From Eledone cirrhosa (taxonomy: Eukaryota), in contig OZ024743.1 in the NCBI GenBank assembly GCA_964016885.1, positions 71,672,001 to 71,736,000 of the forward strand: a DNA stretch of 64,000 nucleotides. Reading direction: 5' to 3'. Both the position numbers and the translations under genes were made by a program. A model generated the notes under the pieces. It saw nothing but the letters and a program-made list of their open reading frames with translations. It was not told where the DNA came from and ran no database searches. How positions within the stretch are numbered: the stretch's first letter is position 1; every line of letters begins with the position of its first letter. This document shows positions 1 through 12,785 of the stretch, one piece after another.

Positions 1-16
1 GAATATAAAATATGAT

Positions 17-202
17 TTGACCTGGAGTGTGCTCAAAAGAGCCACCCCTTATCAAAATAATAGAAAGGAATGTAGATTATGTTCCCAAGAACTATTTGAA
101 ATAATGAAGTCTAGGGATATCTTATTAAATAAACGACAGGAATTAATTATATCGTGTAATCATAAACTAAAAAAAACATTTAAATATTATAAACCTAATT
201 AA
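17..202 (+). pseudogene. C-terminal end of the GIY-YIG endonuclease of a Penelope-like element (short YRDD/Hydra-like family); cut by the window edge
   Basis: WSVLKRA..Y..CRLC.QE...LLNKRQELIISCNH matches the C-terminus of the PLE ORF at 25478-27618 (WKLLSRA...CNLCSEE...LNKKDELVTACKH). Confidence 0.8.
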
Positions 203-737
203 TAACATTATTCTAGAAATTAATTTAATTTAAATGTTAGTTAACCTATAAATTTAATTTAATTAATGTTTTATTACAGATGAGAAAATATTATGTAATC
301 ATAAATTGTGAAAAACCTTTAAATATTACTAATATATACTTAGTAATTTAATTTATAGATTAATTTTAATTTATTTAAACCTTTTATTATAATTCTTTTA
401 CAGATAAAATATAACAAAATAATATCATGTATCCAATGACGGAGAAAGAATTTTTAGTATTATAGACCTAATTAATATACATTTTGGAAATATATTTATT
501 ATTTGGTTTTAGTTTTAATCAACCTAAAACTTTAATTTTAATTTGCTTAAAATTAGTATCCTTATACAGACGAATTGCAGAATGTCATGTAATCATAGAA
601 TGGGATGTGTTTTGGATATATACCTAGTTAATATATTCTGTGCAAATTTTTTGAAAAAGATATGTATATGTATATGTGTATGTATATGTGTGTGTTGTGT
701 ATGTGTATCTGTATGTATGTATATATGTGTATATATG

Positions 738-768
<31 letters not shown>

Positions 769-1494
769 GTGTGTGTATATGTATGTATATGTGTATGTGT
801 ATGTATATGTATATGTATGCGTATTAATTTTGATTTCTATTTGCATATAATTATATTATGCTATTGATGAAATACAATATCTGCTTTATGTATTGTATAC
901 CTAATTAACATATACTAATTAACGTATACTATTGAAATAAATATATAATTTTTAATTTAGTTAACATATAATTTATATGCTACTACCGATGTAATACTTT
1001 ATTTTATTTTTATTTGGGTTTCTTTTCCCTATTACTAAATTCATCTCCTAATATTGATACCATAACGTTATTAACTTTAATTTAGTTATAATGTAATTAA
1101 TAATCTACTAATGTTTGACTTCAAAATTCTGCTTCAAATATTATAAACCTAACTAATTTACACCTTAGAAATCAATATGTTGACTATCTTTGGTTTAGTT
1201 AACATATGATTAATGGTATACTTATTTATTTTGAGATGCATAGATTTCGTATTTCCTAGCACTGAAAATATGTAAGAACATACATTGAATTAAGATACGG
1301 AAAATATTATATGTTTCTTGAAACATATATTTACTTTGATCCCCTTCTCCAAACCCCCCCCTTTCCCCCATACTATTATCATCTGTATTTGTAAGAGTCT
1401 ATGTATGAATATATATGTAGGTAGGTGTCTATATAGGTTTGGGTATTTATATCTAAATATAAAAATACATATATGAGCATGCAAATATGAATGT

Positions 1495-1921
1495 AAGATT
1501 GTGTGTGTATATATGATTGTACATACATATGTATGTATATATATGTATATATATGCATTATATATGTATGTGTATGTGAATGTGCTGTATGTATATGTGT
1601 ATGTATGTGTATATATGTGTATGTATGTGTATGCTTGTATATATAGGAATATATATATGTGTATATATGTATGTATATGTATATGCGTGTATGTATGTAT
1701 GTGTATGTGTGTTGTGTATATATATGTATGTCTCTCTATTTATATGTTTATCTTCGTATCTATGTGATATATGTGTGTGTGTGTGCACGTATGCATATGT
1801 ATGTGTTTGTGTGTGTTTGTGTGTGTGTGTGTATATATGTGTATGTGCGCACACACACATACACATATATATATATATATATGTGAGTGTGTATGTGTGT
1901 CTGTGTGTGTGTGTGTGTGTG

Positions 1922-1969
<48 letters not shown>

Positions 1970-2276
1970 GATATATATATATATATATATATAGGTGTCT
2001 ATGTGTGAATATATGTCTTTATTCGTATGTGTGTATTTATGTATGTATATATTTATGTGTATGTATGTATGTGTATGTATGTATGTATATATATATATAT
2101 ATATGTATGTATATGTATATATATATATGTATATTATTCTTTATTATTATTATAATATAACTTATGTGTATATGTGTATAAGTGAGGTTGTGTATGTATA
2201 TATAATATGTGTATATATAAGAGTAATAAAATATATATATATATATATATGTGCATGTCTGTTTTTTATGTGTGTG

Positions 2277-2312
<36 letters not shown>

Positions 2313-2403
2313 TGTATACGTGTGTGTATGTAGATATATATATATATATACATGTGGGTGTTTGTATGTGTATTTATGGTGGTATGAGTGTGTGGATATA
2401 TAT

Positions 2404-2440
<37 letters not shown>

Positions 2441-2446
2441 AGTCTA

Positions 2447-2501
<55 letters not shown>

Positions 2502-2837
2502 ATATATATGTGTGTGTATGTATATATGTATGTGTATGTGTGTGTGTGTATATATATATATCTCTATTAATGCGTGTGTGTATGTATATACATATGCCTT
2601 TTTATTATTATTTTTTATTATTATTTTTATTTGTATGTCTGAGTTTGGTGAGGTTGTATATTTTTTTTATGTATATACACATATATGGAAGCGTATGTAT
2701 TTATTTATATGAGTATAAGTAGGTGCATATGTATGTATGATTATATATCTAATTCTATGTATGAAGGTACATCTATATATATATATATATACGTGTGTAT
2801 GTAAGTTGTGTGTGTATGTATCTATATGTCTATGTGA

Positions 2838-2885
<48 letters not shown>

Positions 2886-2974
2886 CGATGTGCGTATATG
2901 TATGTACATGTATGTACATGTATGTGTGTATGTATGTGTATGTATATTTAGATGTATGTGTATGTATATGTATA

Positions 2975-3029
<55 letters not shown>

Positions 3030-3270
3030 ATATATATATATATGGATATATATCTTTATTATCTATTTTTTATATATATGTGTATGTGTGTATGTGTTGC
3101 GCGTGTGTGTGTGTATATATATATCTTTTTATATGTGTATGTGTATGTTCGTGTAAGTGTATGTGTGTGTATGACTGTATATGTATGTGTGTATGTGTGT
3201 ATGCGTAAATATCTCTATGTGCGCGTACATGTATGTATGTGTATATATATCTGTATGTGTATGTACATTA
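1495..3270. repeat. Compound (TA)n/(TG)n/(TATG)n microsatellite tract
   Basis: Seen directly; all ORFs here are YI/CV artefacts. Confidence 0.95.
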
Positions 3271-3848
3271 TATTATATTTATTATATTTTATTGTTTTTA
3301 TTTTTTTATTTTTCTTAATTTATAGATACATTTATATTAGGCAGTCTGCTCAGACAATTGAATACTGACCCCTCCCCCCCCTCCCACCTAATTTCTGTAT
3401 CTTGATCTTGAAATGTGTGTGCCAGTGTTTTATGTGAGTGACTTAATTTCTATGTGCTTATGATTTTATATCCACATATATAAATGTGAGCGGGGGAGTG
3501 TGTGTGTTTGTATGTTCGTGGTTATGTGTATGTTTATGCATATACGCGCATGTATGTGTGATTATACTGATATGTGTGAGTATGAAAAAATATATTTATA
3601 TGCTTGACTCCATAAGTATCAATGCGCATCTTATCAGCGCATTAAGCTTACAGAGATATTAACCTTGAAATTTTGTGTTTGCATCCATCTTTTTAGTATG
3701 CGCATACAATTTATACACACATTATTGTAAAATATGTGTAAGGATTTTACATGTATATACACACACCGAACTGCTTTTAACCCTTTGTGTTTTCATTGGT
3801 CAATTTTGAACTGATATTTTGAATTGTTGTTATTATCAATAAATATAC

Positions 3849-4003
3849 TTCATTATTTCTGAAGACGGCGTATATATGTGTTAGGTATGTATATTTAATC
3901 TTGATAATTTGTATAATTTTGTATAATTTTGTACATAGATCTGTTGAATATGCATACCAATTATAACACATATATACCCTAGAAACGATCGTTAAATAAT
4001 GAA
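3849..4003 (+). ncRNA. Type I hammerhead ribozyme with a very long stem II
   Basis: TTCATTATTT-CTGAAGA-(~116 nt hairpin)-GAAA-CGATCG-TT-AAATAATGAA; 10-bp stem I, palindromic stem III; base of stem II imperfect. Confidence 0.7.
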
Positions 4004-4048
4004 CTTTTTTTGTTTAATATAAGGAATTGTTTATTCATTATTTGTTTA

Positions 4049-4085
<37 letters not shown>

Positions 4086-4254
4086 TAAATTTCATTAAGT
4101 CGTTTGGAAGCCTCGACAATGCAGATGGGTAAATCTCCGGGTAACAAGATCCGGTGGTGGAGAGAGAGATGTAAGTGGGTGTACGTTGAGATGCGTTGCG
4201 TGTATAAGACTGTAACGTGTAGAGGAATGAAGCAAAGATCATAAAGGGTAAAAA

Positions 4255-5370
4255 GGATAAACCCAATTTTCAAAAAGGCAGACGAGAGATTGTTCCAATT
4301 ACAGAGAGATCTCCCTTTTCATTCTCCCCGATAAGGTTTATGCTAAGTGTCTGGCAAAGGCATGCAGGGAGATTGTCGAGTCCTAGCTGGTGAACAGTAC
4401 AGTTTTTGTCCTGGACGCTGCATAGCTGACCAAACATACACGCTGCAACAGGTCTTCGAGAAATCGTGGCAGTTTTTCCAAGAGGTATATTCTTGTTTTG
4501 TAGTCCTCGAAAATGAATATGACCTCGTTTCTCAGGACCTGCTGTGGAGGTTTCTGCAGGAGTATGAGATTGATGGTCCGCTTCTTGCTGTCATGATGTC
4601 TCTATAAGTATACCCGAGTATTTGTATTCGGATAAATGGGGCACACTGTCACTTCTCCTATTCGTTATTTTCATGAACAGGATTTACATGCATCACCGAA
4701 TTGGAGGTGGTATCATGATTGGCGGGTGGAAAATCAGTCGGCTGAAATTTGTAGACAACAGGGTGTTACTTAACACAACACAAGGGGATCTTCGACTTGC
4801 ACTTGATAGGTTTCATGCCGAGTACTAAATGACTGGAATGAAAATCCGTGTTATATAATCTAAAACACTCGTCCACTCAAGGACGTATGTGCAGTGCACT
4901 CTACATGTGAATGAAATTCTACTAAAGCAGTTGAAGACGCTCAAGGATTTCGGGAACAAATTAGAAGATCGCAGCTCCGATCTTACGGGATATTACGGAC
5001 ATGTGCTTAGAATGTCTCGGGAATGTATGGCTGGACAGATTTTATGAGTAAAAAGATTGCAGCAAGATGGTTGGATAACATCCATGAGCTTCTCTTTTTA
5101 AGGCTTTTGGCTTTGACACATTTGCCCTCTTTAACCTCTCTTGTGAGCTCAGCTTCTGAGAGATTAGTCACCGCTCCAAGATATACCTCCTGTACATCCG
5201 AAGATGCTGTTGTGATTGGATTTTTTAGATCAGCAAAGTATTCTGTCCACCTCGCGAGGATGCATCTCTCAGAAGAGAGGAGGACCCAAGTGGCGTCCGC
5301 AATAACACGTGTGGAGCTGGGCTTCTTATTAAGAAATCGGTGGATGGTCTGCCAGGACATTTTAGTTGCT
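4255..5370 (+). mobile_element. Degenerate RTE-clade LINE: RT fragments on +, with an upstream linker segment inverted at ~5097-5370
   Basis: QYSFCPGRCIADQTYTLQQVFEKSW, LSLLLFVIFMNRI, ARWLDNIHEL on +; ILARWTEYFADL on -; many stops and frameshifts. Confidence 0.75.
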
Positions 5371-7384
5371 GATCTGAAGAGCATTAAATTCTTAAATAAT
5401 AAGATATATTGGTGAACAACATGAAAGTCAGGTTTGTATAATAGTCTTTAAATACATGTTATAGTAAGAGAATTACTAATTTGACATACTAAATAAAATT
5501 TAAAACTATGTAGTATAATAATTTAAAATCAAATCGACCATCAACTATTCCATTTAACTTATTTCTCTTCGTTTGAAACTCTTAATATTTATTATAAAAG
5601 TATAATTATTTTATTTTCAATTTTCTTTGAAACTGTTTTATTACTTTCAATTTATGTGTAATATTTTTTAACTAGAAAAGTGTCGATGTGTATTGCAATA
5701 TTTGTTAATATAATTTTACAGCCGCTGACGTTTACTATAGCACCTGAAACCATATGCTGAAGCAAACTAAAACTAAATATATTAAAATGATATCGTAGTA
5801 AAATAAGCTTTTCATTGATATTCATATTTAATATCCAATTACCGCTTTTAGAAAAGTTTGTTTAGTGAATGAGGATGATGATTGCGATGGCATGACTCTT
5901 AACTTCACGTATGAGCTTTAATTGAAAGATTTTACTGAAAGTTCTGTCTGTTCGAACGACCACATAGAGTCTTCTTCGTTGGAGGTGTTTTTCCTCTCGT
6001 AACATTGACACATCCTCATCAAAATAAGTACTAGCTCTTGTTGTTTCTGTCTTTAAGTACTGGCCGTTGAAAGTGAAATTTATATACACATTTAGATTAA
6101 CATATTTTCACCACGCTCTCCTACTACATACTCTTATGTCAGCTGACCACATATTCTAAGTGTCACCGCTAGAACAAAATGATGGCGATTGTCATCTAAA
6201 AATCATAGTGTAACGAGGCTGTCTGCTTGCAAACGAATCGAATATTATTATTATTCGATATAGAACTCACAAATAGATTTATGTATCCACCATGATAGAG
6301 TGGAAAACAAATTCTAATTTTGTTTTTCATTCTCCAAAACGTTAAGACTCTAACATATAGCTAATGTCGAAATATATAAATAGTGTTATTCCTTTTTACA
6401 ATAATTTACAGTGGCTAGAGATGTAGGCTGGCGAGATGTAGGATGGCCACGTTCTGAAGCAATACTTGTACTCCATTACACATATTAATGTGTAAAATTT
6501 ATTAGTAACACGGATTCTGGTCGCTCCTGGATGAATCTTCCAATCAGATTTCTCTCTCATTCTGTTACAAAATAGGAGTCGACTTTACCCCTAACTACAA
6601 CTTACAGTGTGAAATTCGAAACGGATATATTGGGAAATTAAGTCATAAATATACAAAAGATCAGTTACAGCTGGAAGGATTTTGAGCCTAAGCCTGATCA
6701 GGAGTAGATGACGTTGGGTTAAACAACTGGTTAGTTTTTATTTTAATTTTATTATTTCTTGTATCTAGTCTTCGTTGTTCCTGCACTTTGGAGGTATTTC
6801 TGTTTCAAGATTGACGTTACCAGAGGCCCTACCTTATTCCAATCATTCTATTACATACAATATGTTTCCAAACATGTATTTGGCAAACGTTTTATAAACC
6901 GTAAAACATGTTATTTTCGTAATATTGAACTGCACCCCAGTAAACATATGTGATGGTCTGTTTTCTGAATAGATTTATGAAAGTTCCCTTTGAGACGAAC
7001 AGTTTTAGAATTGCTTTTCTATTTTAAATATCTGATATTTCGTTTGAATGACCGACTCTTCATTTTCCTAATTTAAATACAACATGCAATATCTGATGTA
7101 AAATAAATTATTGTTATTTCACGAGGATAGACACCATTGCCATTTTCACAATATTGGTACATTAAAAATATATGTAGTGCAATATAGTACATTATAAGGT
7201 ATAATGTGCCTTAGAGTTAAGTAACAATAGATTACACAGATTCTAGCATATATAACCCGATTTAAACACATATATCCATTTTATATCAGAATGTGTGTAC
7301 AATAGAAATCCTTTGTAATATCTTTCCAATGGACATATCACTGATTCACTGTATGTATGAAACTGAGTGATATTAACTCTCTAA

Positions 7385-7620
7385 ATACCGGTCACTCTCC
7401 GACAGGTTTGCGGTCGTACCCTTGGCAGTGGAGACTTCTGGTGTCCTGGGCCCTAGGGCTACCTCCCTACTCAGCACCATAGGTGCTAGGCTGGCCAGCC
7501 GTAGGTGTGAGCCTCGCGAGATGGAATGGCTTTTCCAACGCGTCTCCCTTGCCGTCCTCCGAGGAAACACCTTGTCCATTCTGTCCGCCGGGGCTGTGTG
7601 GAGGCCACCAATCTGATTGA
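7385..7620 (+). mobile_element. 3' end of a CRE-like non-LTR retrotransposon (restriction-like endonuclease C-terminus)
   Basis: PLAVETSGVLGP.A..LL..IGARL....EPRE..WLFQRVSLAVLRGN..SIL; related pieces at ~12867-13000, 46010-46160 and 46570-46690. Confidence 0.7.
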
Positions 7621-7825
7621 CCGACTTGTCATTTTATCAGTCAACTGTTGCTGTCGTTAGATAACTAGGTATCTGTAGATGAATGTTGATACTCGTTTGG
7701 TTTTCTCGATCTTACAAACATCTTACACATCTCAGAAGGTGTCTGTAACTCAGATAGCAACTACTTCGTTCGGAAAACAATGGTTTTCTGCTGCATACAT
7801 ATTTCGTTAATGCATATCACCAGAG

Positions 7826-7960
7826 AAGGCGTGTAGCTTCGTGGCTAGATAGTAGGATTCGCAATCGTGAGGTTGCGAGTTCAATTCTCGGACCGGGTGA
7901 TGCATTGTGCCCTTGAGCAAGACACTTTTTGTTACGTTGCTCTTTCTGCAAGGAGCTGCG
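7826..7960 (+). mobile_element. tRNA-derived SINE, second family
   Basis: tRNA-like head with B-box GAGTTCAATTC followed by the core TGTGCCCTTGAGCAAGACACTT. Confidence 0.65.
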
Positions 7961-8301
7961 ACCGGTAGATATTATCAGCAATGGAAAGCCTAATGGAAAC
8001 ATTGTTTCCTTGGTCCGATACGACGTAGTTCACCCCAATCGGCTGGGTTTGGGATCTTATCGAATGATAAGAGCGAGATATAATTGAAAGAACCACAATA
8101 ATATAACCAATAAATTGCTATGGTAAATCGAATACTATCATTTTGTGGGATATTAATTTCTATAATCACATCTTTATCATTTTCATTTTTACTTCTTTAT
8201 ACTTTTATCATTGTTTATTATCTTTTATTATTGATGTTATTGTTTTCATTCACTTGATTCTCCGATATATCTATAAATACCAATGCCATATGTAAAACCT
8301 C

Positions 8302-8416
8302 CAGTATTTCGATGATTTGATGAAAGACACACACTGTATTTAAGGTCGAGTGACGCAATTTTGAATGATCAGCGGCCTTTAGACTCACCTGATCAACGAA
8401 ACAATTGTTAATACTG
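8302..8416 (+). ncRNA. Degenerate hammerhead at a PLE 3' end (same family as 49717-49840)
   Basis: CAGTATT-TCGATGA...ATCAAC-GAAA-CAATTG-TT-AATACTG; perfect 7-bp stem I but mutated core. Confidence 0.45.
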
Positions 8417-8716
8417 TAAATAAACCCATTTTGTACAGCGGACCATGTTGTTCTTCACTCTTTCTATAATCACTTTAGATTCAATATTAGTTAGATATTT
8501 CGAATTACAAAAGATTGAAAGAGACAATATTTCTATATAGGGATGGCAGGAAATCATTATCAGAAGATGCTACACAACAGAGAAATGAACGAAAGTTAAT
8601 TACAACAGCTATTTGATATAATTTGTATAGTATTATATGATAAAATGAAATGTATACTAACTGTGGACCAATGCTATAAGTTTATTTATTTTCTTTGTAT
8701 GATTACAAATTATTAT

Positions 8717-9000
8717 CCTTCTTCTTCTTCGACCACTAATTCCCGAGAGGGTCTTCATGGCAAAGTCATCAAACACCTTCTAGTGGGTCCTGTCAGAAGC
8801 AACCCTCTCCAACGGATCCGGCTGGTTCCCCAAGAGAAATCAACGAAGCTCATGGATGTTATCCAACCATATTGCTCGGGGTCTACCCCTGGGTCTCTTG
8901 TCGGTTGGTTTTGCCCGTAAAATCTGATCAGCGATTCTTTCCTGAGACATTCTAACGACATGCACTCAGTATTAGAGATGTGATCTCTCAATTCGGAGAA
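8717..9000 (-). mobile_element. RTE LINE 3' end with a (GAA)n tail
   Basis: Minus strand encodes the WLDNIHEL-type C-terminus also seen at ~5060-5095; CTTCTTCTTC tail; paralog at 9435-9670. Confidence 0.6.
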
Positions 9001-9434
9001 ATAGTGGCTTGAAATATTATCCTATTTTATCAAATCATATAATAATTATTTACTTAAAATGATATAAGGTAACTGAAAGAGAGAATGTATTAATGTGAAG
9101 GAAAAGACTGAAGCAAATGATGACATTGATGGACATAGTCAGAAAAAAAAACTGTCTCAAATGATGACAGCTTTATTAAGTCATTTACCTGGAGGACTGA
9201 GAAAAAACATTAAGAATGATCTGGATAGAAAATGGTTGGCATTTCAGTCTGATCATCCAAGGAAAATATGGATCTTAAGGCAACTGAAATTGTTTCTCTT
9301 CTGTATTGACATTTCCTACTCCACGCACTCCACTGTAAAGAGAGAGAACGAGAGAGTGTGATTAAAATGAGAATTAAGTATCTAGGACACCGTATATATT
9401 TTTGTATTCAATATCAGCGTATATTAATTATTGA

Positions 9435-9670
9435 TTCTTCTTTTCAATCGCCCACTTATTCCTGGGAATGTCGTAGGGGTAGAGTCCTCAAGCACTCCTT
9501 CCAACGGGTCCTGTCAGAAGCGTCCACCTCCAACTGATCCGAATGGATCTCCAAGCGAGACCAGCCAAGTTCATGGATGTTATCCTACCATCTTGTTCGG
9601 GGTCTGCTCTGAGTATTTTGTCGGCTGGTTTTGTCCGTAAAATCTCTCAAGCGAATCTTTCCAGAGACAT
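9435..9670 (-). mobile_element. RTE LINE 3' end, second copy
   Basis: Minus strand reads RPRTRW*DNIHELGWSRLEI; similar to 8717-9000. Confidence 0.6.
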
Positions 9671-9753
9671 TATATTAAGAATTATTGATACTGTTATACA
9701 TATGTATTTCATAAAAAGAAGAGAAAGTTAGCTATTATTAATTTTTCACACAA

Positions 9754-9945
9754 AGGCGGTGGATTGGCAGTATCGGTAGAGGGTCGGTCGCCATACTTTC
9801 CAGCATAGTTACGTCCCTTTACGGTTTGAGTTCAATTCCCGCCGAGGTTAACTTTGCCTTTCATCCTTACGGGGTCGATAAAATAAAGTACCAGTAATGC
9901 ACTGGGTAATTGCTGGCCTTGTGCCAAACGTAGAAACAATTAATT
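9754..9945 (+). mobile_element. tRNA-derived SINE (octopus-type family)
   Basis: GGCGGTGGATTGGCAGTATCGGTAGAG head, B-box GAGTTCAATTCC, body GCCGAGGTTAACTTTGCCTTTCATCC...GATAAAATAAAGTACCAGT. Confidence 0.8.
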
Positions 9946-11237
9946 TTTCACACAAGGGCAGATATTGTTGTACCTTTAAGAAATCCTCTTTGCAATCCCA
10001 TTTGATTCAGGTTCATATTTCACTGAGCTGTACCATCATCATGTGTCATCTACTGAAGAGGTCAGTTGATCAACTTCTAAGATAAATGTGATAGAAACAT
10101 TGCGTAATATTTGTGTGTGTTCGTGTGGGTGTGTATGAGTGTCTGTGTGTGTGTCTGTGTCTGTGTGTGTGTGCGTGTGCGTGCTGATATAAGCCAGTAT
10201 AACATGTACATCGTCAGTATAACATGCTATCGTCAGTCAGATTGCCATATTCAGCCAGATTCATAATGAATTTGATGTTTGGACACTTTGAGAGATGTAA
10301 ATAAAAACCTTCAAAATGAAGGATGGCCTCGAAGAACCACCAACCACTACCTATATCACCAACTGAATACACTGATCGCTGTCTAATAATTGGAACGAAT
10401 CAGGGAATTAATGAATAGCAGTCCGCCGGGACAGCAAAGCGGGCAGTCGTCCGTCGCGGCCGTGGGGTCGCCAGCGTGTTGGCCCCCATTTGCTCACACT
10501 AATGAAAGATGGTGAGAGCGTGAGGGACGGCGAGAGTGACAGTTTGGTTCTTTTGATTTCGGGCCTGGTGTATATATGTGTATATATGTATATATATATG
10601 TGTATATATGTCTATATATATGTATATATATGTGTATATATGTCTTTATATGTGTATATATATGTGTATATATTTCGAGAATGAGTCTTTCCCACTACCT
10701 TTTAAATTAAGAAACAAACTTAGGAGAAGAAGAATTTTATATATTTTAATTTCTGGAGTTTATTATTGTGACCGAGATGTTTTCGGATTCTATGTACTCC
10801 AAATCACTGCAATCTCAAATACACTATCATTTTATATCTTCCATTTAAGCAGTGTATTCTTCATTTTGAATACATTATACAAAAAGACACAAGAAACAGA
10901 AAAATTGAGTTCATTTTTTCTCAGAGGCAAATTCTTTATTAATTAAATGTCAGTGTTAAGTTTGAACGGAAATTGTTGATGCAATTCTGTTACTCAGGTA
11001 ATTTTAATACATAATGTGTTTGACGTGAAAATCATTTTATAATGCAGGTGCTAATATTTGAAACCTTTTTTCAGAGAACTGCATATTGAAGATTTTTCTT
11101 CTCAGTAAATTTGTAATTACCATTTTACACAAAATTCAATATTATTTTAAAAAGTGGTATTTTGGCTAAAACTGAGTTACTTAAATATTGAAATCTGCAC
11201 CCATAAAGAAAGTTGAAATCAATATAAGAGAAGCTAA

Positions 11238-11635
11238 AGGGTGGTGGATTAGCAGAAATGCTAGAAAATCAGATAAAATACCATTGCAGTATATGTTCTG
11301 GTTCTTTACATTGTGATTTCAAATCTCGCCGAGGTCAAATTTGCCTTTCATTTACGTTGCTCCAACTTACCTAGCTGTAGAAATGGGTTGCGACGTCACT
11401 GATGCTAATCTATAGGGGGCGGGTGATTGGCAGTATCGGTAGAGCGTCGGACACCATACTTTGCAGTATAGAGTTACATCCCTTTACGTTCTGAGTTCAA
11501 ATCACGCCGAGGTTAGTTTTGCCTTTCATCCTTCTGGATTTGATAAAATAAAGCACCAGTCCATTACTGACGTTAATTCAAATCGATTTTACACTTCCCC
11601 CAAATGTGCTGGCCTACTGTCTAAAGTAAAACCAA
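11238..11635 (+). mobile_element. Two adjacent copies of the same tRNA-derived SINE (~11238-11350 partial; ~11417-11635)
   Basis: Same head, B-box and body as 9754-9945. Confidence 0.75.
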
Positions 11636-12647
11636 TCTGTTGTAGAAACATTGAATTCAATGTTTTAAGAATAACAATAAGTTCCAAACGTTATTTAGCT
11701 GACTAAATCGTGTAAAGAGCATAGTCCGGATATTTAGTATTTGTATTACTTCAGAACTCCTGAAGTGTAAATGTACCGCGACCTTTTACTATATATGTAT
11801 TGCACTGCAGTCAAGGATTTCTGCTCTAGCTGACATATCAATAACATAGTAGACAAGATGAGATTTGTCAGCTATTAAATAAAAGCAGGCCTGCCTAATC
11901 TACATGAAACAATGCCCTTTACACTGCACTGAATTACACAGACTACAACATAATTGAGATATTATCAACTGTACATATCTCACTTCTGACAACTCTTTCC
12001 GAATCAGGCATTAAATCACTTTTATGACACTAAGAATTTCCAATTCCGTCACGCATGGCAATCACATTGAAATATCACAAGGAAAACCAAACAAAGCCAA
12101 TACGAAACAAATAAAGGGAAGTTGAACAAGATTTAGCTGCTATTTCTAGCAGGTTTTTATTAGTTGCTCTTATTACTACTGTCACAATTGTTCTAGTGTG
12201 GACAGATTTCGCTACATATATAGCTGATTACTATTGTAAACCATAGCAAATGGATTATGTGAAGTCACATCTTTTGGCCGTCTAAAACTATCTGACTGAT
12301 AAAATTACAAGTCAGCCAATCATATTGGTGACCTCCCCACAGCCCCGGCGAACAGAATAGAGAAGGCGTTAGGAAAACTACAAAATAAAAACTAGTCAAC
12401 GCTGAAGCTTCTAGATGGTTTACCTGATCTGCTTGAAATAGCAAAAATCCATCTCGATACGAACATTGTTGGCTTTAATAAAGACGGATATGATCATTGA
12501 ATTAAACTAACACTTACAGAAATAAAACAAAAACAATCGACAAAAATGACGGAGGACTTCTAGCAAAAGGGTGGGATTACAATTCACAGAAACTACCACA
12601 ATTACATTCACCAACGTCCAAATTGCATTACATATAGTCAACACATT

Positions 12648-12785
12648 TGGCAGTATTGGTAGAGCGTTGGACACCCTGCTTCACGGCATAGAGTAACGGC
12701 TCTTTACGGTTTGAGTTCAAATCGCACCGAGGTTAGCATTGCCTTTTATCCTTACGTGGTCGATAAAATAAAGTACCAGTTATTT
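12648..12785 (+). mobile_element. tRNA-derived SINE copy
   Basis: TGGCAGTATTGGTAGAG...GAGTTCAAATC...GATAAAATAAAGTACCAGT. Confidence 0.75.

Noticed and set aside
543-3368. Many YIYI/CVCV ORFs here and at 32.4-33.6, 49.2-49.7, 56.6-56.9 and 59.6-60.0 kb
   Set aside because: Translations of dinucleotide microsatellites; no coding signal
9754-9845. tRNA gene calls for the SINE heads
   Set aside because: A/B boxes are present but no complete cloverleaf, and they are followed by a shared SINE body in multiple decayed copies
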